42,086 bases of DNA from an uncultured virus (IMG/VR IMGVR_UViG_3300028559_000007) (Duplodnaviria > Heunggongvirae > Uroviricota > Caudoviricetes): IMG/VR virus record IMGVR_UViG_3300028559_000007; one strand, given 5' to 3'. Below the pieces are notes generated by a model. That model did not search any database. It was not told the origin of the DNA and saw only the letters and a list, made by a program, of their open reading frames with translations. This document shows, one piece after another, positions 28,861-36,187 of this stretch. Each line of letters starts with the position of its first letter. Position 1 is the first letter of the stretch. Position numbers and translations under genes: made by a program.

Positions 28861-28993
28861 TAGCCCGGACAGGGTTCGAACCTGTGTTTCCATTGGAATG
28901 GTGTCCTAAACCTTCAACCTTTGACGACTCGATGAAGAGCTTTGAGGGGTTTCAAGTTCTCTGTGAAGAGATTGTCCACTAGACGAACGGGCC
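28861..28993 (-). tRNA. Glu/Asp-framework tRNA-like RNA with ~65-nt D-loop insertion and collapsed anticodon loop
   Basis: GGCCCGTTCGTCTAGTGG[insert]AGGAC-A-CCATTCCAATGG-AAAC-ACAGGTTCGAACCCTGT-CCGGGCTA. Confidence 0.75.
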
Positions 28994-28996
28994 AGA

Positions 28997-29077
28997 GATG
29001 TTTGGTTGATTTTCACAACAATATGTAATTGAAACTTATTAGGTTTCTATCAGGTAATTAATCCTGAAAACAACATC
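28997..29077 (-). ncRNA. Cloverleaf-shaped spacer RNA without tRNA consensus bases
   Basis: Closing GATGTT/AACATC plus three hairpins. Confidence 0.5.
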
Positions 29078-29081
29078 ATAG

Positions 29082-29152
29082 TAGCCGTTAAGGGATTCGA
29101 ACCCCTGTTTCCCCCTGTGATGGGGGCGTCCTATCCGCTAGACGAAACAGCC
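29082..29152 (-). tRNA. Asp/Glu-framework tRNA-like RNA with 6-nt non-canonical anticodon loop
   Basis: GGCTGTT/AACGGCT acceptor; CCCCC-ATCACA-GGGGG; AGGGG-TTCGAAT-CCCTT. Confidence 0.75.
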
Positions 29153-29156
29153 ATTT

Positions 29157-29246
29157 AAATTTAAAAGTTTATCTCAACTTGTAACTTTCCAAAGTCCGGT
29201 TCTAAGTAATGATTGAGACCATACCGGAGTTAAAACTTTTAAATTT
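29157..29246 (-). ncRNA. Structured spacer RNA with 14-bp closing stem and likely pseudoknot
   Basis: AAATTTAAAAGTTT/AAACTTTTAAATTT; TCCGGT/ACCGGA; loop TCTCAA complementary to TTGAGA. Confidence 0.5.
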
Positions 29247-29248
29247 AG

Positions 29249-29314
29249 TGGGTCAGACTGGACTTGAACCAGTAATCTTTCTTTCGAATGCATTAACATT
29301 ATGCTATCCAGCCC
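29249..29314 (-). tRNA. 66-nt mini tRNA-like RNA lacking an anticodon
   Basis: D arm GCAT/ATGC, TTC-GAAA-GAA mini-hairpin, ACTGG-TTCAAGT-CCAGT. Confidence 0.7.
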
Positions 29315-29325
29315 AAAATAGTTTG

Positions 29326-29433
29326 CCTTTATTACAAGATCACCTCTGATCAAAACCAAAATACCGATGAACTTAATCATTACTACACGTAGTGTATTTC
29401 GATAACTAACAAATAAATGTTAGCTGGAAAAGG
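29326..29433 (-). ncRNA. Multibranch structured spacer RNA
   Basis: CCTTT/AAAGG closing; AGCTAACA/TGTTAGTT, TACAC/GTGTA and GATCA/TGATC hairpins. Confidence 0.45.
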
Positions 29434-29439
29434 ATTTAG

Positions 29440-29505
29440 TGGGGTAGACTGGGTTTGAACCAGTAATCTTTCTGACGAACGCATTAACCTTATGCTATCC
29501 ACCCC
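29440..29505 (-). tRNA. 66-nt mini tRNA-like RNA lacking an anticodon (paralogue of 29249)
   Basis: GGGGTGG/CTACCCC acceptor, TTC-GTCA-GAA, ACTGG-TTCAAAC-CCAGT. Confidence 0.75.
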
Positions 29506-29514
29506 GTTTATGTT

Positions 29515-29549
29515 TTACAAATATACGGTGAATTTTTCATATCACCAAA
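29515..29549 (-). promoter_or_regulatory. Strong Bacteroidota-type promoter of the tRNA-like operon
   Basis: TTTGGTGATATGAAAAATTCACCGTATATTTG; near-identical copies at ~32356, 32496, 32798 and 33154. Confidence 0.8.
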
Positions 29550-29679
29550 CTATCATTTAATAAATTTCTCTCTAAGTTCCTCACATAAGTATTTTATCAT
29601 AACTAAACCATATTGGTGTTTAGTAATACGACTTCCATCTTTATTTGATAGTTCATACATAGGAATTAATATTTCAGCT

Positions 29680-30090
29680 TCACTTTCGATATACTGAATC
29701 ATCTTTTGATCCCTTTTTAGTTATCCCACTACATTGATCAGATGAAGATGATTTTATTGTATTGTTATTATTTTTATCTTCACAACAATTATTTCCAACA
29801 GTTTTATAATGAATTTTACATACACAACTATTTGATTTACTTCTGTTACATTCTTGACATAATAATTGTATATTATTTATCTCACTTGTACCACCACAAG
29901 AATATGGTGTAATATGATCATATTCTAATTCTTTAGAACTTCCACAACATTTGCAAGATCCACCATCCCTTACGAAGACAATTTTTTTTGTATCTTCTGA
30001 AATATATCTAGAATTACCATTTACTTGAGCAAAAGTAAAACTTGTTAAGCACATCATTAGTGCCAGCATCATAAATTTAATTTTATTCAT
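29680..30090 (-). CDS. HNH endonuclease domain protein with N-terminal signal peptide
   Basis: RDGGSCKCCG...EYDHITPYSCGG...NIQLLCQECNRSK; leader MNKIKFMMLALMMCLTSFTFAQ. Confidence 0.8.
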   Translation of the reverse strand: MNKIKFMMLALMMCLTSFTFAQVNGNSRYISEDTKKIVFVRDGGSCKCCGSSKELEYDHITPYSCGGTSEINNIQLLCQECNRSKSNSCVCKIHYKTVGNNCCEDKNNNNTIKSSSSDQCSGITKKGSKDDSVYRK

Positions 30091-30098
30091 CTTTAGAG

Positions 30099-30704
30099 TT
30101 ATTTTCTTAAATGTCTGAATGAATCTAAATTTATTACTAATCCAGTTGTTGTCAATAATGATCCCGCAATCATAAATCCTGTACCTAGATTACTATCATT
30201 TAATTTAGAATAGTTTTGATTAGTTGTTGAGAATGAATTACTAATAAATAATAATCCAAGTCCATTTAATAAAGTACCAGCTATAATAAGATGATTACCA
30301 GTTCTATGTTGTTTTCCAAATTTATCAATATTTTTAAATCTAAGATTTATTTCAGTATCTGAGAAATTTCTAATACCAATACCATTTTTTATCTTATCCA
30401 CATGACCATCAGGTAAGAACATTTGAATCTCTGTTATATCTGTTAACAGAACAGTTCTGGTCTCATTATAAAAATTTTTATAGGTACATGAACCAGGTTG
30501 ACTACTATAAATTTTATGAGTAATGCTTTCACTGTAAACCATATTGGGTACTACACCATCTTTTGCAAATTTTTCAGAACATTTTCTATAACAAAAGTCA
30601 CAATTTTGTAGTTTATACCACTTACCTACTTCAAATGTATCTTTTTGAGAAAAAGAAATGTTAGTAAAGCATGTTATCAATATTAGTGTTAATAGTTTTC
30701 TCAT
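30099..30704 (-). CDS. Exported/membrane protein
   Basis: Signal peptide ending FSQ; two Gly-rich C-terminal hydrophobic helices. Confidence 0.7.
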   Translation of the reverse strand: MRKLLTLILITCFTNISFSQKDTFEVGKWYKLQNCDFCYRKCSEKFAKDGVVPNMVYSESITHKIYSSQPGSCTYKNFYNETRTVLLTDITEIQMFLPDGHVDKIKNGIGIRNFSDTEINLRFKNIDKFGKQHRTGNHLIIAGTLLNGLGLLFISNSFSTTNQNYSKLNDSNLGTGFMIAGSLLTTTGLVINLDSFRHLRK

Positions 30705-30804
30705 ATATTTTAAGTTGTTTATTTTACAAATATAAGGTTAAATTTTACATTATTTAATTTATTTTTACATTATACGGAGTTGTCATATTTTAATATATAG
30801 ATAT

Positions 30805-31416
30805 ATGAAGAAATGTAATAAATGTAATGAAGAAAAAGACTTATCTCTATTTTATAAGAGAAAAAATGGATATAGAAATATATGTAAAACTTGTAATAGA
30901 GAACTTTCTAGAGAGACAAAGAAAAAATATATGATTAATTATAGAATTATAAATTCTGAAGCTTTAAAAGAATCTCATAAAAACTATGAAATAAATAATA
31001 AAGATAAGAGAAAATCTTATTTGGAATTAAATAAGGATAAGATTAGGGAAAGAAGTCGAAACTATCAAAGATTAAAATGTAAAACTGACCCCTTTTTTAA
31101 ACTTAAAAAGAATGTTAGAAACCTTATTTATAAATCTTTTAGTGTAAATAAAATTTCTAAAAGAACAAAAGATATACTTGGATGTTCTTTTGAAGAGTTT
31201 AAAATACACTTGGAATCAAAATTTGAACCTTGGATGAATTGGGAAAATAGAGGTAAATATAATGGTGAATTAAATTATGGATGGGATATTGATCATATTG
31301 TACCAATATCAAGTGCAAAAAATGAAGAAGAATTAATAAGACTAAATCATTTTAGTAATTTACAACCTCTATGTAGTAAATTTAATAGGGATATTAAATG
31401 TGATAAAACTGTTTAG
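30805..31416 (+). CDS. HNH homing-endonuclease-like protein with N-terminal CxxC finger
   Basis: CNKC...CKTC; WDIDHIVPIS...HFSNLQPLCSKFN. Confidence 0.8.
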   Translation: MKKCNKCNEEKDLSLFYKRKNGYRNICKTCNRELSRETKKKYMINYRIINSEALKESHKNYEINNKDKRKSYLELNKDKIRERSRNYQRLKCKTDPFFKLKKNVRNLIYKSFSVNKISKRTKDILGCSFEEFKIHLESKFEPWMNWENRGKYNGELNYGWDIDHIVPISSAKNEEELIRLNHFSNLQPLCSKFNRDIKCDKTV

Positions 31417-32350
31417 AAGACTGAGAATACATCTTTTTGTGATTATCTTTTAAAGTATTATACTGTAATTGGAATACAGATTCACTTTGTTTCCACTATC
31501 TTTTGAATAGTAATAATCAATCCCGGTTAGTTAGACTAACCACTCCTTAAGTTGTTAAATACTCTGTGTATACTCACTTCTATCTAACTTTGCGGGTTAG
31601 TTCAGGGTTCGACCCCTTATAGAGTTTTCCACACAATCACGTCTACCTTTCGGGTTTTCGTGGCTACGAACTACTCGTAACTATGTAGGGACCTTTCTTT
31701 AACAACTAAATGACACTTTCGATTTAATTTTTAGATTTTTACATTTCAAAAGTAAATTTTAGTGCTATGGATTTATATCAAACCAGTGGTCATTTTATAG
31801 CTTCGAAACCTTTTGAGTCACAAAATACTATACTGGTCTGTGTGATACCTCTATCACGATCTTTTAAGATATCCTCACTGCGATTACTCCCGTAGGTTTC
31901 ATCTCCTCCCTTGGTAGAGATTTAGTGCCTTACAACAGCACCACCTGTACATAAGTTTGTCTTTCGACTTTAAGACACCTTTTAGATTGGATAACACAAT
32001 AATAATAACCGGTTAGCCATTATTTCTTGTAATATATCCTACGAATTATTCCTGTTCCCCTTCCGGGGTCAACTAAATGATCCATATCACCTAGTCATAC
32101 TTTCATTTGGTCTACAGCGTAAGCCCTCGACTACTTAGAGAATATGGTATTCCGCTTGTCTACTTGAGCTCCTTTGGAAAGGAGCCGCAAACCCGTTTAG
32201 CAAGGGGCCCACTTTATAACCCTTTCGGGTATTATTTAACGACTATAGACAGCCGCACTTCCACATCAGGACGAACCTTGATAGGTTGTGAATATCATTG
32301 AATGTTTCACAACATTCTATTTCAAAGAACATAAATCGTTTCCGATTTGA
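31417..32350 (-). ncRNA. Giant structured ncRNA (~930 nt), GOLLD-like
   Basis: No credible ORF, raised GC, many GNRA-capped hairpins on the - strand, long-range stems, own promoter and boxA leader, near a tRNA cluster; family assignment unverified. Confidence 0.7.
32319..32348 (-). promoter_or_regulatory. boxB-like hairpin plus boxA antitermination leader
   Basis: AAATCG-GAAA-CGATTT then TGTTCTTTGAAAT. Confidence 0.65.
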
Positions 32351-32541
32351 TTTTACAAATATAAGGTGAATTTTTCATATCACCAAATTTTTTGTTAGAT
32401 AATTTATATTATTTTTATCCAAAAAGTTTAAAATAAAATTAGATTATTCGTTTACCATCTCTGGTGGGAAATCCCCTTCTTTTCTTTCTATCTTACAAAT
32501 ATACGGTGTATTTTTCATATCACCAAATTTTTCATAAAATA

Positions 32542-32752
32542 TTTTTACGTTGTTAGAATATCAATATAATCTACCATCTTAGTTATAAGCGGACTTATAG
32601 TAAGTTTATAGATAGTCCCGACACTACTAAATCATCGGTTCTAAGTGATTAGAAACATATTTCTATGTGTAGCACATCCTCACGGATCTTTAAGCCAAGG
32701 TCAACTATTATAATGTTTTCTACCGTCAGAATATATTCTAACAACGTAAAAA
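32542..32752 (-). ncRNA. ~210-nt RNA closed by a perfect 20-bp stem
   Basis: TTTTTACGTTGTTAGAATAT (32542-32561) / ATATTCTAACAACGTAAAAA (32733-32752); internal hairpins; dedicated promoter. Confidence 0.6.
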
Positions 32753-32760
32753 AGTTTAAA

Positions 32761-32791
32761 ATTTCAAAGAGCGCAAATCACTACCGATTTG
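32761..32791 (-). promoter_or_regulatory. Second boxB-like/boxA leader
   Basis: CAAATCG-GTAG-TGATTTG then CGCTCTTTGAAAT. Confidence 0.65.
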
Positions 32792-32835
32792 ATTTTACAA
32801 ATATACGGTGATAATTTTTAACCACCAAATTTTTG

Positions 32836-33132
32836 TTATAAATTTCTTAATTTTTTTATTAGAATTAGTAAGAATTCAATATCTTCATAAGCTGATCCAG
32901 GATTATCATAATAAAAATCAGATTTAATTTTTTCAGGGAGATTAATTTCTGTATTTAATTTCCCAAGGTGTTAGTTTTTCTTCCATAATTACTTAAATTA
33001 ATTCGTTTATTTTTTTTTCTCTCAAATCTTGTTTTGTAGAATAATCTATTACAATATTATCAGAAAGATATTATTATCAATTTTAGATACAATCAAATCT
33101 TTGAGTGAATCCCAAATATCTTCACCAGTCAT
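32836..33132 (-). pseudogene. Two small frameshifted genes (one C-tagged, DLREKKINELI*)
   Basis: Starts at 33132 and 32986 run into early stops while a shifted frame continues. Confidence 0.45.
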
Positions 33133-33390
33133 ATATTTTTAGTATTTGTTCTACAAATATACGGTAACTATTTCTATCCACCAAATTAGTCCTTATAAAA
33201 GTTTACTAATCTATATCATAGTTTGGAAACTTCTTCCCGAATATTTGACAACTGTTTTATTAAGTTATCTAATTCTTTCAAGTCAGCTAATCTTAACAAA
33301 AAAGTATCATTAAAATGTAACAACAAACATTCGTCAAACTTATCACCATCTTGGTCGTGCATATCAATGCTAAATCCTACTTCAATCATT

Positions 33391-33693
33391 TTATTTTTTA
33401 CTATTTAAAACTCTCTCATGTATTCTCTCACACCTATTTAGTATTTCTTGTAAATTATTAGAAGTTGGTTTATTAACCTCTTTTAAGAATTCAAGCTCTG
33501 GTTGATATTTTAACAGAATATTTTTAAGTTTGGGAGTAATTGTATTACAAACAAGAACTGAATATAATGAATGTAATCTTTCTGAAAGAGATTCAGAATC
33601 AAAATCGTGTGTAAATGGATCAATATCTTTAGCAGACATTGTTTGTAAATTTTCTGAATTATTCAAAACTTTTTCTAAGAAATTCATTTCCAT
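33391..33693 (-). CDS. Hypothetical protein
   Basis: ORF downstream of CGTATATTTG promoter. Confidence 0.7.
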   Translation of the reverse strand: MEMNFLEKVLNNSENLQTMSAKDIDPFTHDFDSESLSERLHSLYSVLVCNTITPKLKNILLKYQPELEFLKEVNKPTSNNLQEILNRCERIHERVLNSKK

Positions 33694-33784
33694 ATTTTTA
33701 AATTGTTTGTTCTACAAATATACGGTGAAAAGTTTAAAAAATAAAATATATTATTGAAATAATATATACTATAAAAATAAAAAG

Positions 33785-34012
33785 ATGAAAAATAAATACA
33801 TACAAAGTTTCAACGAAAATCAAGAAAAATTGACTGGTGTTAGTGATAGTGATTTTTTACTTAAAACAATTGCTGATAGAATACGAAATAATGTTGATAT
33901 AATTGAATATGCTGATGGTAGAGAACCAGAATTGAAGATTGAAGATTGTATTAAGATAATAAAGGATGATTTAAGTAAATATTCAATTACCTTAGCTAAA
34001 AAAGACATATAA
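33785..34012 (+). CDS. Putative capsid-internal protein (CTS-like)
   Basis: MKNKYIQSFNEN; AATATATA upstream. Confidence 0.7.
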   Translation: MKNKYIQSFNENQEKLTGVSDSDFLLKTIADRIRNNVDIIEYADGREPELKIEDCIKIIKDDLSKYSITLAKKDI

Positions 34013-34016
34013 ATAT

Positions 34017-34514
34017 ATGATTAGAATTAATAGATTTAATGAGTCAGATGAAACAATTTATCATACATCAAAATTAACTAAAGAAGATATAGAGGATTTA
34101 GAAGACTATTTTCTAGATGTTAAAGATGAATGGTTTATGGCTCCTTCCAAATGGTTATCTAATCCTATAACTGCCCCAAATGGTTTTCATATGGGAGATT
34201 ATAAATTTTATTATCATTTTTATTTACCTTTCAATGATAGAATATCTTTGAGTAAGGTCGATGGTAAAAGTAAAAATGTTGTTGATTTTTCTATTCAAAC
34301 TTTTAATACTATATCAAGAGATAGTAGTACTATTGATGAATATCATAAAAAGCTAGAAGAAGTTAAGAATAAACTTTTAGTTGATATTGTTAGATTTTTA
34401 CATAGTATTAAACATTTAGGTTGGAAGGATTATGATTGGTCAGAATCCAGAAGAAATTTTATTAATCCTAAAAGTAGTTGGAGTTCTGTTTTAACTATTT
34501 ATCTATACAAATAA
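34017..34514 (+). CDS. Putative capsid-internal protein (CTS-like)
   Basis: MIRINRFNES. Confidence 0.75.
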   Translation: MIRINRFNESDETIYHTSKLTKEDIEDLEDYFLDVKDEWFMAPSKWLSNPITAPNGFHMGDYKFYYHFYLPFNDRISLSKVDGKSKNVVDFSIQTFNTISRDSSTIDEYHKKLEEVKNKLLVDIVRFLHSIKHLGWKDYDWSESRRNFINPKSSWSSVLTIYLYK

Positions 34515-34943
34515 TTTTTTATTATTCTGAAAAATTCGTATCTTTGTATTAACAAATTCTATCTACGAAATGAAATATATGGTTTTATAGATATTCAAAA
34601 TAGTCGCAGTTGTTATTATAACACAATATATAATTAAATACCTCTAACATTTAAATTCTGATGGCAAAAATATGTAAACAAAAAGAACATAAGTGGGAAT
34701 TAATACAACAATTTCCATATAGATGTAAATGCATAATTTGTGGTACAATAGGTAAAATGTATAAAAAAAGTGGTAGTTACAAAATACTACCAATTAATAT
34801 ATAATAAATATTTTTTGTGATAAAAGAAGCACCAAATGGTTGTAAAGATACCAACAATAGAGGTAGCGGGTGTATAACAGACCGATTTTAATACTATTTC
34901 GTTGGGTTTGAGTGGATGAAACATTCACAAAAATATTTTTATA

Positions 34944-35387
34944 TTAAAATTTTAAAATACTCTGAATAGTTGCTAGTGATACATTAAACATAGATGCTAA
35001 CTTTCTATAAGAATAATTACCCGTTTTATGTAGATCTCTCACCTCATTTCTTTTATCATCCGACAATCTAAAGAGTAATCCAGTATCAAAAGCATGTCTC
35101 AGGTTTTCATAATGTGAAACCCATTCTAAATTATCAGAACAGTTATTTTTCTTATTACCATCTTTATGATTAACTTCTGGTTTATTATCAGGATTATTAA
35201 TGAATGATTTAGCTACTATTCTATGTAATGAATATATTTTGTAGTCTAGTCTTATAGTAGTATAACCTTTTGTTTTTGAACTAATAGAATATATTTTCTC
35301 CATATCACCAATTATCTTTTTAACCCTAGCTAAATTACTAACCCAATATTTCCCATTGAATCCATCAATTTCTTTCCAAATTTCCAT
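34944..35387 (-). CDS. NUMOD4-HNH homing endonuclease with C-terminal HTH
   Basis: EIWKEI.G...Y.VSN; HRIVAKSFI...VNHKDGNKKNN...NLEWV...EN..HA. Confidence 0.9.
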   Translation of the reverse strand: MEIWKEIDGFNGKYWVSNLARVKKIIGDMEKIYSISSKTKGYTTIRLDYKIYSLHRIVAKSFINNPDNKPEVNHKDGNKKNNCSDNLEWVSHYENLRHAFDTGLLFRLSDDKRNEVRDLHKTGNYSYRKLASMFNVSLATIQSILKF

Positions 35388-35436
35388 AATGTTTTTTATT
35401 TTATATATTAAAGTGTATATCCTTCACTGACATTTT

Positions 35437-35592
35437 TATATACATGTATATACATGTAAAACATCATAACTTTTCCCCAGGCATTTTTTAACTCCTAAAT
35501 GTAATACATGTATATACAAATCATCTGAAACCCTTACCAGTATTAAAAATCACATAAAATCCGGTGTATATACATGTATATCTTTGTATATA
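35437..35592. repeat. Clustered palindromic TATACATGTATA(TACA) repeats
   Basis: Copies at 35437-35458, 35504-35518 and 35565-35580; related copy at 37029-37046. Confidence 0.7.
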
Positions 35593-35715
35593 AAAATTAA
35601 TCCGTATCTTTGTAATATAGGTTTTATCTTTAATATATACTAAAAATATCTCCATATAATATAACCCACGGTATAGTTTTTGGATATGGCTTCTGACAAT
35701 ATTGACACTCCATAA

Positions 35716-36174
35716 CTAATATAATTTAATATAATTCTTGAAAACCTCTATCGGTATAATATGACCAATATCCTCCCTAATAATAATATTCGTTCCACCA
35801 ACCTTATTAAAGAACTCCTCAGTTAATTCCGGCCTTATTATATCATCACCATTACCCAATACAACCAAATGTGTAGATTCCTTACTACCCAAACTAACAA
35901 CCGGCTCAATAGACCTCGAATGAACCGCCGGGTTAAATAACAACGTCTTAATCCCTAAATGAGTCGATAAACAATAAGCAAAATAACCACCCATCGAAGA
36001 CCCAATTAATAAATCAACTGGGTTATCCTCCAAATGCTTAAGAACTAAATCAAACATTCTAGGATTATCATAATTCATAACAGGATCATAAACCTCATCA
36101 AATACTTGCCTTAATGCCCAATTTTTAGACGTAATTGGCTTAGAATCTAAACCATGAAAAAATGCTACCCTCAT
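35716..36174 (-). CDS. YqiA/YcfP-like alpha/beta hydrolase (esterase)
   Basis: FFHGLDS, GSSMGG nucleophile elbow, LFNPA, D and GH triad positions. Confidence 0.85.
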   Translation of the reverse strand: MRVAFFHGLDSKPITSKNWALRQVFDEVYDPVMNYDNPRMFDLVLKHLEDNPVDLLIGSSMGGYFAYCLSTHLGIKTLLFNPAVHSRSIEPVVSLGSKESTHLVVLGNGDDIIRPELTEEFFNKVGGTNIIIREDIGHIIPIEVFKNYIKLY

Positions 36175-36187
36175 ATATTATATACTC

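Noticed and set aside
32107..32301. 64-aa ORF inside the giant RNA
   Set aside because: TTG start, atypical composition, antisense to a promoter-driven structured RNA
30805..32350. Group I intron with HNH homing endonuclease
   Set aside because: The HNH gene is convergent with and outside the RNA, has its own promoter motif, and no interrupted host gene or P7 core was recognisable
29515..33185. CRISPR array from the ~35-bp repeats
   Set aside because: Spacing is irregular (140 bp to kb) and the repeats match the -33/-7 promoter consensus; no cas genes
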